Positions 48,501-60,500 of a stretch of DNA of 64,000 nucleotides are shown piece by piece (position 1 is the first letter of the stretch; each line of letters begins with the position of its first letter). Location of the stretch: the NCBI GenBank assembly GCA_013239625.1, contig MU054925.1:34513538-34577537 (forward strand), given 5' to 3'. A program made the position numbers and the translations under genes. This DNA is from Lama guanicoe (Eukaryota). The notes under the pieces were generated by a model. That model was given only the letters and a program-made list of their open reading frames with translations, ran no database searches and was not told where the DNA came from.

Positions 48501-51500
48501 TCTGCTCTGACGTGGCGGCTTGCTGTGCAGCCGGGTGGAGGGTTGAGTGAGTCGTCGACTGACACAGGCCGACTCTGCGGTGTCCCCAGAGCCGAGACCA
48601 CGTGTGCCCGGCTCCTGAAGGGCTGTGCTCCGGGGGAGTTCACGGTCCTCTGGGCAGCTCCTATGGTGTGGCAGAGAGAAGACAGTGTTGAGGTTGGGGA
48701 GAGTGGGATTCCAAGTCTTGTGTCCCTGGTACTGGGTAACATAACCTTAGGAAACGTCCCTCCCTTGGTCTGGAGGACTGGGGCAGTGGCGCAGAGCGCC
48801 TGGTGGCTGTGGCGCCCACAGGGCCAGGCAGCGGGTGCGGGGAGTCAGCAGGGGTGCCCTGGACGCCCACTCACCAGCAGCTTGACAGAACTTCCCGGTC
48901 TTGTAGGGGCCCAAGGTAACCAGAGCTCCCCGTTCCTTTTCCAGACCTCTTTCCTCCGCTGGCCGCACCCACCAGCAGCCTCGGTGGCCCCACGGACCTG
49001 GCAGCTCTCTTCTCCGACCCACCGGGGGAGGGCGGTGGTGCAGCCGGGGCCCCTGACGAGGTGCTGAGCGCTGGAATCCTGACCATCGACGTGACTTCTG
49101 TGAGCTCCTCTCTCGGAGGGAGCCTCCCTGCCAGTCATGGGTCCTTGGGGCCGATGGACCCGCTGGTCTTGGTGGCCCACAGTGACGTTCCCCCGAGCCT
49201 GGACGGCCCCCTCGTCCTCGGGACGGCAGCCGCAGTCCTGCAGCCGAGCAGCTTTGTTGTGGACGACGTGCAGGCTGCGGGCGCGCTGGGCTGTCTCCTG
49301 GCTCTGCCCCTGGGGAACTTGAGCCAGGACCCACAGGCCTTGACCGCCAGCAGCAGTCCTGCCGCCAGCGCCTCCCTGCTGACCTCGGCAGGCAGCCCCC
49401 AGGGAAGCACCAGTGTCCCGGAGCTGCTGGTTCCAATCAAAGTGGAGCCGGACTTGCCTCCTGGCCCCGACGCTGCCGGGCGGCCGCAGCACAGTGGAGG
49501 GGCGGCCCGACCCGTGGAGGAGCCCAGTCCCCAGAGAGACGTGGGGCGCGGTGCGGGGACCGGCAGCTTGTACTTGGTATGACGCGCTCTGTTCAGTCAC
49601 CAGCACGTAGCTCTCGCCTCACAGCCGCCTGGCGGTGTTTCGGATAACCCTTTCTGTGCAGACGTTCTCTCTGGTGCGCGGCAGGACAGAGCCTGGGCCG
49701 CGCTCTGGAAATCTGCATCCTGCCCTCCAGGCTGGAACTGACTAGGTTTCACAGCCTTGAGCAAATCGCTGACCCTGTCTGAGCCTTAAATTCTCACTTG
49801 TTTCTAAAATGAGGGTCTTTGGGCGACACGATTTCTAAGGTCTTTGTGAGTTCTGTGATTTCGTGACAACGTGTGTCTTTTCCTGAAGAACATCTGGGGT
49901 ATTTGACAACGTTGAAATGTCCTGCCCTTGAGTTTGTCACGCAGTGTCGGTCCTTAGACATGCTCGTGGCCAGGAGGAATCGCGACAGCAGCTGTCGTTA
50001 AGATTTGACAAACCAGAACTACGCAGAAAATTTAATGAGAATTAACAGGAGAAGGGGGTGGTCTGCGAGCCTGGTTTGTAGAGAGTTGAAAGAGCACTTC
50101 TTCGATTCTCAGGCTCGACAGTTAACACGCTTTAGTTGTATTTATATCAGCTGGACGTTTACTGTGACGTAATTTGAAGTCACTTGACCAGAGGCCCTTC
50201 GGAGGGGCTTTCCTCGGTCTCCGGTGTGAATGGCCCTGTAGCTTTTCTCTGTGGTGCAGGTTAGATTCGTTGGTGATGCTTGTTATTTAAAAAGTTAACT
50301 CTTACTTTACCACAATTTTTTAAAAAGCGAATTCCTCTGTGTTTCTGTCAGCCATAAGAGACGTGGCAGCCCCTCGTCCACGGAGCCAGGGCTCACTTGT
50401 TCTGCCTGAGCAGCAGTCACTTGTCGCCAGCCAGGCCCGGCAGGGCGGGGGTTGGGGCGGCTGCAGGAGGGGCGCTCGCGGACCCTGACCCTGACCCTGT
50501 CCGTTCTCTCGCCAGCTCTGTGACGCTGGGCTGCCGCAGTTCCCCGAGCACAGATGGCGAGTGGTGGACGGGCCCCAGGTACAGCCCAGCCCCGCCGTGG
50601 GTCTCCTGTGGGCGCTTCCACACCCGCACGGCGGGCCCCTTGAGACCGAGTGGAGCCCCTGGAGCCCCGCGGCTCCTTCTGAGATGAGAGGCGGTGGGAA
50701 GTGAGCCCTGGCCGCCGGGGGCGGGCTGCCCCATGGGTTCCAGCCGCGGGGGGGTGTCGTGCGTTTTATACGCGTTTCTGTGTACAGTCTTTTGATATGT
50801 TTTAGACTTTGGAGGAATAAACTTTGCTTCTCTGGATAATAAAACCCTGCCTAGTTCCAACTCTGGTTCCGCCCAGCTGTCAGTGTCACTGTCACTGTCA
50901 CCAGACATGGCGTTTGGTTCTCTGCCAGCCTCTGCAGGAGCCCGTGTTGAGGACGCAGCCCTGACCCCGCCTCTGCCGTCTGGATCCAGTGACTGACATG
51001 CTTTTCTTTGGTCTCAGGAAGGCGGGGGCCCAGCGAGAACTGACTCCAGAGCCATTCAGCAAGCCCAGGAAAGAAAGCAGAGAGGAGCTGGGGGCCACGC
51101 AGGTGAGGCTGCGCGCGGGGCAGCAGCCGGGCTGAGGGCGGGCGGTGGGCGGCCTCACGGGTGCCCAGCTCAGGAAACCCTCTCCTGGCAAACGTCAGCG
51201 CCTTCTTTGGAGCTTTTAAAAAAACATCTGAGTGCATCAGACAAGACCTGCTGGTCTGTGGCCTCATCCGCCTGCCCTGAAAGTGAGACAGGGAAACCGT
51301 GTAAAGCGTTTTGTGAAGGTAACGCTGGGTTCTTCGAATGTTACTTTGTAAATTTCACTTTTCTTTTATGCTTGTGTAGAATTTTTGTAGAAACATTGAG
51401 AATTACGTAGGTTATCAGTATGCAATTTTGCATTTTTCTGTTCTTAATGTAGTTTATTTCAAGTAATGTTAACTCCCTACTTCCTGTCAGTCAGGTTTTT

Positions 51501-54500
51501 TTTTAAAGCAAATACTGTCCCATGACGAACGTGGTGTCACCGTCACTGTCGCTGTGTCTGAGCAGGGCCTGCAGTCGCGAGGCAGGCGCGCCTGCAGAGA
51601 GGGCGGGTCCGTGGTGGGCGGAGTTAGGGGACTGGGATGCGGCGGCATCGGGGAGGTGGCTGCGTTGTCATCACTGCTTCTGTTAGTACTTCAGCATCGG
51701 CTTTTAAGCAGGTAGGGACACTGACCACAGGCACGTCCTGTTCCTGCCTCTGTAAGAGTTAACGGTACATTTTCCTTAAAATCAGTGTCTAGCGAGTGTC
51801 ATAATTCTCACTGGTTTCAGACGCATCCGTGTTTTCTGTCTGTCTCTTTGAGTCAGTCCGGGTGGGGCCCCTGTGTCACTGCTGGTGGGTGCGTTTTCAG
51901 GTCTCGTTCACATTCGTTGGTTCCCGTCCTTCCCGCATGTGTGGGAGTGTCTGGGTGGTCTGTGCGGCTGACGCGTCGGCTTCACAGGCTCCTTCACCTC
52001 CGTGTTCCCTGGAGGTCGGTCGTGACTGCCAGAGCCCTGCTCTGGAGTGAGGGCCTGGGGGCAAGTGTGCAGGCGGTGAGGTCTGTGCTGCGGCCCTGAT
52101 GCCTAGTCCCTGTTGTGCGTGGCTGTGGACACCCAGGATTCTGGGCCTATTCGTCCCAGGGGCTGCGGGAGGGTGGTCTGTGCTCTTTCTGTGTCATTTC
52201 ATACGGGGAAGTCAGGGCAAATGTCTGAGTCTTCCTCTGTCGGTTTTCAAAATAATGAGCTGGTTTCTCTGCATCCTCCAGGCGTGGTCAGAGTGTTTTT
52301 ATCTGCTCGTTGATGTGAGCAATTTATTAAGGGAAATAGAAGTCTGGAACCTGCCAGGTGCTGCCTTCATTGTGAAGACAGCAGTGGAGGCTCACCTTTG
52401 CCCTGTCTCCTCGGAGCCCTGCCTGGCGTGGAGGGTGGCTCCCGTGCCCTTGTTCCTGCGCTGGCGTCACAGTAGTTTTCACCAGGTTGTGTGAGGAGAG
52501 CTGTCCCTCACCCTCTGCTCATTCAGTTGCATCAGGACGGATGCAGGGGTGTTCACTGTGCCCTTTCAGTTACTGTGATCAATCCTGGATTATAATCGGT
52601 ATGTCAGTGTTTATTTTGCTGCCCAAATTGTTCCAGCTTTGGCTGCTGAGAGCCCTGGCAGTTGGACTCCTGTCCTGGCCTTGGGGGCACTTCCCTGACT
52701 TCCTCGCACCACCAGGCTCGCCTGATGATACCCTGACCCCAGCCCCGGAATCAGCTGCGTCTCTGGGGCCCGGTTCCTTTCCTGGGCGTCTCAGAACTGA
52801 GGCCCGGGTGTGGTGTGTGCTTACACGCGGTGCCCCTGGACATGGCTGCATCGAGACACGCGGTGGGCGGTGCTGGGAAGTGGATTCATGCAGGTTGACC
52901 CATGCTGCTGGTTTTGAATTTGGAATGTCTTGCACTTTAGGACGGTAACACGGTGACGTGGTTCTGTGGTTCTTAGCACGACCAGTTCTGAGTTGACACA
53001 CATTAACTCAAGTGGAGTCAAGGCAACAAATAGTTTTCTGGTGTGTTCAGGTCACGTGTTGCTGCTACGTTAGTGTTGGCAGCAAACTTGGGAAAAACCT
53101 GGGTTTGGGGGCTTTTGGGTTTCAGGACGTGGTGCAGTAGGTCCGAGAACGGAGAAGCTGCAGGAGCAGGACTGTTCTGGTCGTGTAAACACAGTCCGTG
53201 TAGCTCAGTGCAAAGTGCGCCTCTATTCTTAGGAAATGTGTGCTCTGAACGTGGTGCAAAATGGGATGTAGGGTCTGAAACCAAGGCAGTTCCCTTTGGG
53301 TTGCTCTCCAGTGTGGAAAAGTTCTTTATCTTCAGTATCGAGGCTCTCCCCCAAATAAGCCAGAAATGTTTTCTCAACATAAAAAAGAAACTTTTGTCCT
53401 TGAAACTGATAGCAAAGTAAGCTTGAAAAAAACCGCGTGAGCTCTCTGCACCCCGAGGGCAGGGGCCCTGGGAGGAAGGCGCGGTGCTCACCCCGGCAGC
53501 CCCATGACGGCGGCAGAGACGGTGGCGTGCGCGGGGCACCCTGGCTTTTGCCGGGGCCAGAGAGCAAAATCCCAACCATGTGTCGTCCAGAAGAGACCTG
53601 TTCTGGACGGAAGTAGTTAGAAGGTTAGAGTTAAGGGGAAACAAAGTGAAACCCCGAAGTCACACAGCAGGGGTTCATGCTAACGCCAGAGTGCAGAACC
53701 CAGAGGAGCCTGGGAGGGGGAAGCAGCTTGGCCCTCACAGTGGCAGCAACAGCTGCGAAAGACCCAGGAGATCGTTCCACAAAGTGGGCAGGCCCTGAAG
53801 GAGGCGAGGACGGGACTGGCCCGAGAGGCAGCAGAGAGAGGGCTCCTGGGGCTGTGCCCAGGCCGCGGGCTGGATGGACACGCGGGGCACAGACAGTGGA
53901 TAATGAGGGACGGCGGTAAGTCGGACGGTGACCGTGAGCACAACAGGAAGGTCAGGCAGAGGCCCTGCTGCGAGGAGGGGTCCGCGTGGACCAGTCTGGG
54001 CGAAGGACAGCCCTTGTGAGGCCCGAGTCCAGGGGTGCGGTCAGCACAGGGTCTTTGTCCAGGTGACTGAGCCCAGGGAGCGTGTTTGGGGACGTGCTCG
54101 GAGCTGGAGGGAGGCCAGGCTGTGGGGTCCCGGGGCCCCATCAGACTTGGGCTTCCCCGAGAGCCGGTGGGCCGTCAGAGGGCGTCATTAGAAGAGGGAC
54201 GTGGTAGTTTTTAAAGGATCGTGCCAGCTGCTCTGCTGAAAATAAACCATAGGGACAGGGAGGCAGCGGGGAGATCAGGGGTCCTGGGGTCCCCCCGCCT
54301 AGGTCAGCATGGTGTGAGTGGGGAGGCCTGCTCAGGGGACAGAGCCAGCGTGGAGCCAGGTCCCAGGGGCAGACGGGCTGCCTCCTCCTGCACTGTTTCA
54401 GCGGAGCCACCAGGGCGACTGCAGAGCAGTCAGGTAGGAACCTGTGGGCCAGGACTCCTGGGGCAACAGAAGCCAGGCGTAGGGTCCCCGCTGTGCCTGC

Positions 54501-57500
54501 TGGGACGTCTCACAGCCACCCAGGAGTGGTGACAGCCCGGCCCCGACCCCCCGGGAGTGGGCAGAGCAGCACTTCTGAGACAGGGCGCTCCTTCAGTCCC
54601 TGCGAGTGAGGATGGCCTTGGGGGAGAGGTGCCAGTTTACAGGACGTGGACCGCAGGGGTGAGGGGAGAGGTGCTCTGTCCCGGGCATGCCACATGGTTG
54701 CGCACGTTGAATGCCCCCAGAGAGCCTTGGACAGACTCTGACCACAGACCCTCCACAGGGCTGTGCTGGAGCAGAACAGCAGGAGCCCAGGGAGACCTGG
54801 AGTCCCCACCGACGCCAGACGAGGCGGCTGGTACAAGGCTTCATTGCTAATGGGGGAAGTCACAAGCCTTAACCAGTGGGGACCAGGAAGGTTTCCCCGT
54901 AAGCAAGTGCCACTGGCCACCAGCTGTGTCTTTCCCCGCTGTGCGCAGGCGGGGAAGGGGCAGCCGGGCAGTGAGGGCGGGCATTTCACCGGGGTGGGGA
55001 TTAGGGGAACGTAGGGGAACGTAGGGGAACGGGAAGGAGCAGCGATGACTTTCCCGTGATCGGAAAACCCAAGGGAGCCAACCGAGGTGGTCAGAAGCAG
55101 GAGCAGGGTTAGGTAGCTCGCTGTACAGTAACTTTGCGAGTATCAGGTCAGGAGCTTTTCTGTTAGAATATTCAGAAAAAACAATGAAAGGTGAGTGTCA
55201 CTCACGGTAGCAGTAAAAGTGGTGACGTGTCTCAGGATCACCGGTGACAGATGCACTGCGCCTGTGTGAGGCCCGCTTAGCGCCTGCCCTGGGCCTGGAT
55301 GCAAGCTGTTTTCAGTGTTAATCTACATCTTTTATTCAGTTCCTTTAAAGCCCCAAAGGAACTTGCAGGAAAACCCCTGTAAGTCTTCAGTTCATCGGGA
55401 AGAACGACTTGGTGAGACTCTCCGAGCATCTTCGGAAGAAAATGCTAGGAGGCGCTGGGCCTAGGTCCAGGCGCCTGGGGGGTCTGAGGTGGGCCGGCCC
55501 GAGGGGCGGGGGCACGCGGGGACGGGTGTGGGCGTGTGGTGAGTGGGCCTGGCAGCGCCAGGTTCCTCTCTGGGAAGATGAAGGTGGCTTCTTACCCCCC
55601 TGCAGCCCCACCCCCCAGGGAACACCACGTCCTCGCGCTGTGATGTTCATCTTCCTCCTGTGAACGCGTTTTGAAGAAACGATACACATTTCCTGCTTTT
55701 TGCTGCTAACAGCAGGAATATCTTTCCTTGTGATGAAGCACATTTTGTAGGGCGTCTTCTCACGGGCTGTGTAGGCTTAAACACGTAAGGAACTGAGAGA
55801 ATTACCCCCGGCACCCCCACTGCCTGTGACAGTGGGGGCGCCGTGAGAGCCCCCGTCCCTGGGAGAGTCGAGGGCATGGTCCCTCTGGTCCAGACGAGGA
55901 CCTCGGGACTCCCCTGCACTGGGGGCGGGTTGGGGGGGGTGAGGCCTCTCCTCTGCGGGGGTAGAGGGCCGGCCGGTGCCCGGGGGCCTCAGTGCAGGGC
56001 CTTGGTTACGAGGCCCTCGCGGGCACCCGTCCACGCCAGGCTCTGTGCTGCCGGCCTCACCCAGTTCTTGCTGTGGCTCTGGGAGGCGGGACGGGGCTCA
56101 GGCGGCTCGTGGACAAGCCAGTGGGTGCGGGGCCGCACAGACGGGCCAGCTCGCTCTGCTAGTGACGTGCTCATTGCCCTGGGGGTCTTCTGAGGTCTGC
56201 GTACCAGAAGTGTCCTTGCTGGCTGGACTCCCTTCCCGAAAGTTCCCCTGTGAAGATCAGCGTTTCAGATAAACGTGGAGAACGCTGAGGCTAAATTCAG
56301 TTCAGTGCGAAGACAGCCTCGCCCTATAAGAGTTTGTGCATTTCCACCATGAGAAAGCAAGTTTTGACTTTTCTGGTGATCAGTGTAAGTCAGTCACGTT
56401 GCATTTAGTGTCCTTTACTGGTGGGGACTTGGGGCTGTGGGGTCGTCGTGGGTTCTGCGTGGAGACCCTTGTTTGTTCAGCCTGCCTTCAAGTACCCACA
56501 GGGAGACCGGTGTCCTTAACCAGCTCCGGGTGAGGGAGTGGCTTTCACTGCCTTGAACGTTGATGATGCATTGTCAGGTGGCACAGAGTCTTTCGGGTCA
56601 TGTGACCCCCACCCCGACAGCCCTGACTGTGAAGGTGTTCTCCCCTGAGCAGTGGGTCGAGGGGTGCCTGGCATCCATGGGGGTCGCTGTCCCTTCCTGT
56701 GGCCCTGCCTCCTTCCCTTGCAGCCTCCTCACATGCACAGTGGCACGCGGCCTGGGGCTGGGACCATGAGGTGTCCCCTCTGCAGTGACCTTTCCTGACC
56801 TTGAGTTGCCTAGGGAGGTGCGTCAAGTCCAGGAGCTCTGCAGGCTGTCTGGCACTTTCCTTCCGGAGGTGGCCTCTGTGTCCAAAACCAGTCACCTCCC
56901 GCGTCACCTGGCAGGGAGGGGGTACACGAGCCAGTGTCTCCTGGAGCCCCTCAGCTAGGCCCCTTGGGCCAGCCCAGGGACAAGTCTGTGCGGGTGGACC
57001 CAGGCCAGCTGCCTGTCCCCCCGTGAGCCTCCCCAGGGGTGAGCGTTGTGCAGGGAACAGTGGCACGCGGCCTGGGGCTGGGACCATGAGGAGGTGTCCC
57101 CTCTGCAGTGACCTTTCCTGACCTTGAGTTGCCTAGGGAGGTGCGTCAAGTCCAGGAGCTCTGCAGGCTGTCTGGCACTTTCCTTCCGGAGGTGGCCTCT
57201 GTGTCCAAAACCAGTCACCTCCCGCGTCACCTGGCAGGGAGGGGGTACACGAGCCAGTGTCTCCTGGAGCCCCTCAGCTAGGCCCCTTGGGCCAGCCCAG
57301 GGACAAGTCTGTGCGGGTGGACCCAGGCCAGCTGCCTGTCCCCCCGTGAGCCTCCCCAGGGGTGAGCGTTGTGCAGGGGCCGGGGGTGTGCCTTCACCGC
57401 AGCCTTGCCTTTCGCAGCCTCTGCTGTTGCCCTGCAGGAGCAGCTGCCTAAGGCGAGAGCCCCGGGCGGGCCGCAGCGTCCAGTGGCCACACGAGCCTGG

Positions 57501-60500
57501 CCTTCTGCCCTGGGACGCGGGAGTGACTGGAGAGAAGGGACCCTGGCGTTCGAGCCCCACCCTCAGCCACAGTGGCCCTTTTGAATGTGACGTGGTGTCC
57601 GTGGGGTCACCGGGCTCTCGGACGCTGGAATGAAGGTGTATCTTGAGGATTTATGTGGTTTCTGTTGGATTGAGTGTGTGGTTGACACTGTTGTGAGAAC
57701 TGGTCCTGTTTGCCGTCGTGAGTCAGCACCTCTGCACCGTCTCAGCGACAGTGCGGTCGGGCTCCAGTTCCCGACCGGTGTTGCAGCAGCGTAGACCCTG
57801 TCTTCCCACGAGTATGAAGAGAACATGGAATCATGGTGTCTGGGAAATGAGTGGAGTTCACTGCTGATCGGTCTCGTGGCTTTTCCTCAGTTTCCCTGTA
57901 GTTGAATAGCCTGCACGCCCACGTTTGTGAGTGAAAGCCAGGCTTTGAGCATAGGTGCTGCTTCGTGGGTAACATGGGGCGACCGCCACAGCGGGCTCTG
58001 AGTCACCGCGGGATCAGCAGGAGGCTCGGGTTCCTCTTGTTTGTCATGAGACTGGATGGTGATGTTAGGCAGACGTCATCTAAGCCTCGCCTGCTTTTAA
58101 AAGGAACTTGAGAAGAGGCATTTGATGCCTTCCTGAGTTACTCCGTAGTGGCTGTCAGGGTAGGGTCTTCCTTTAGACGTTTCTCAGTGTGTTCATCTGA
58201 TTACAAGATGGGGTCAGACCTCTGTCAAAAGCGAGGCAGGCCATGCTGCCTGGGCTCCGTGGGAGCGGAGGGGCCGAATCTGTTGCAGGAGCTGTGATGG
58301 AAGGACCCTAGGCGCACAAGCATGTTCACAGCTCTTCTGGTCAGCAGAGGTGTGTGCTGAGCGCGTCTCAGGAGGAAGTGCTTGTGGCAGACACAGGGCT
58401 GCCTGGAGCCAGGCCGTCAGCTGCGCTGTGTTTTCAGTACAGTTTTGCTTTTAAGGTTTTGTAATTACCAGAGTGTCTGATATATTTTGTTACTTTGATC
58501 AAGTCTGCCTAATAATTGCAGCAGTAACTCAGTTTTTCAGACGAGGCATTTTCACTTCTAGAAAGCATATTTAAACAAACAAAATTTCAATTTATGTACA
58601 TATTTTCATCTCAGGGAAACATGCTAGACTGCTCAAAGACTCCAGAGCATAACTGTGTGTTCAGGTTTGGTCCCAGAGGCGGCTGGCGCAGCACACGCCC
58701 CAGGAGAGCTGGGGGTGGGGGAGAATATCCTAACTGAAGGACGAGTGAGTTCTGCCCAGCCCCAGCTTGTCCTGAGCGAAGGCACCAGGACAGGAGAACC
58801 CTGGGGACAGTCGGGGTGATGGGCCTCCGGGGCCAGGAACCTGGCGGTGGACCAGGAAAGGGAGTGCTCAGGGCTGGGGAAGCCTGCCACCAGGGAGCAG
58901 AGCCCACCATGCCTGTTTGGGGCCAAGACCGAAACCCGGACGAGTGTCCAGCCCCTTGCGTTCTTCGCCGTTTTTCTTTGACTGGAGAGCAGTTAGAAAT
59001 TTTCATGAAGAACTATTTTCTACAAATTCACCAGGTCCTTCAGACTTGCCTGTTGTTTCCATTTGGTTAAATTCAGCAGAATTTAATGCTTTTATTAAGG
59101 TTAACCTGCGCGATGTTCATTGCAAAACTGTTTTTGTGCAGCCGGTCCCGGGCTGGGGTCCACCCAGCAGGGACGGCGCCTGAAGTCCCTCCTGCTGGCT
59201 GTGAGTGTGGCACATGCACCTGTTCAGCCCTCCCCGCGCCCTGGAGCTGAGAACCCAGCCAGGGCTCCCCTTGCTGGTCCTGGGTCAGGCAGGGGGCGGT
59301 GGTGGGGCTGGGACTCGGATCCAGGTGGTTGGTCTCTGCCTCCAGGGTTCCTGTGTCAAAAACCCTTTCTGGATGTTTGGGGTTTTTCTTTCTTATTTAT
59401 ATTTAATTTTTTAAAACTGTGTTTTTACAAAACTGAGACTGATGATTTATGAAGGACACTGGACAGGAGGTGTCTGGTGGGTGCAGGTGTCGGGGGGTTG
59501 CAGTGGCTTCCCCCTCCTGCCTTCCTGCAAGGCTAGACGTGCTCAGTGGTGTCGGGGCCGCGTGCCAAGGGCCGCTGGAGCCTGACGGTGAGGGGGAGTC
59601 TGCCCCCCGGAGCAGCAGGTCATTGCTGTCTGTGCGGGAGACCAGTGTCCTCATCTTCCTGCTCTGCCCTCCTGGTTACTCTGGTCACTGGTGACAGAGT
59701 GACAGGGTCTGCAGGGCGGGCAGAGCTGCACTCAGGACCTCGTGTGTGTTTCAGGAGCTGCAGGGGCTGCTCGGAGTGAAGGGCAAGGGGATCCAGGCCC
59801 GGCCAGCCCGAGCGGCTTGCTGTGGGGGAGCCTCGTGGTTCCCGGCGGGGCTCTGCCTGGACCCGCCCCCGCTGGGGTGCCGTGCGTCCAGGTCCAGCTG
59901 CTGCAGGTGAGAGTGGTGGGGGAGGGCTGGGGGCAGGCAGGGGGTGTCCCTGAGCAACCCCCCCCACCCTGGGCCAGCTTTGCCCTCCTTCCCAACTGTC
60001 GCACTGCGTGGCCAAACTTTCCCCTTGGCCCTGCCCCCCACCCCCCGCCGTGGGACCAGGGCGGGTGAAGGCAGCTGTCACCCCATCTCCAGGGTGCCAC
60101 CAGGAGGCCTTTGTGGGAAGGGTGCTGGCTTGTGTTTCCCTCCTGTCTTCTCTCCACACTGAGCCCTCAGGGCAGGGCCACGGGTACCTGCAGCTGGGCT
60201 GGAAGATGGTCTGGGGAGAGAAGGGGCCGGACTGCTGAGGACATGGGGCTCTGACCTGGCCGGTCACCTGCCGCCTCCTCATTGAGCACCTTCTGTGTAC
60301 TCGGCTCTTGGGCCACTGGGCCTGGGTGGGGGCGAGGGCATGAGGACCCGGGGAGGCTGGTGGCCCAGCCCCCAGCTCCAGCCACTGCTGGGTTCAGGCC
60401 TCACCTGGGTCCAGCTTTTGCCTCTCCTGAACAATGCTGGTTTCCAGAAAGGGCTGGTTCTGCCAGTCCCCAGTGAGGGGCCCTGGGTCAGGTGCGGAGT

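Noticed and set aside
38656-49582. ZXDA/ZXDB identity
   Set aside because: Those are intronless X-linked retrogenes; this gene has introns, ZXDC-type C-terminal exons and UROC1 synteny.
55001-55031. Interstitial telomeric repeat or CRISPR-like array
   Set aside because: The unit is TAGGGGAACG rather than TTAGGG, there are only three copies with no spacers, and the context is eukaryotic.
56801-57633. Two near-identical ORFs (106 aa and 169 aa) suggesting a duplicated small gene
   Set aside because: By-product of the 320-bp intronic duplication; non-ATG (TTG) starts and no protein-like features.
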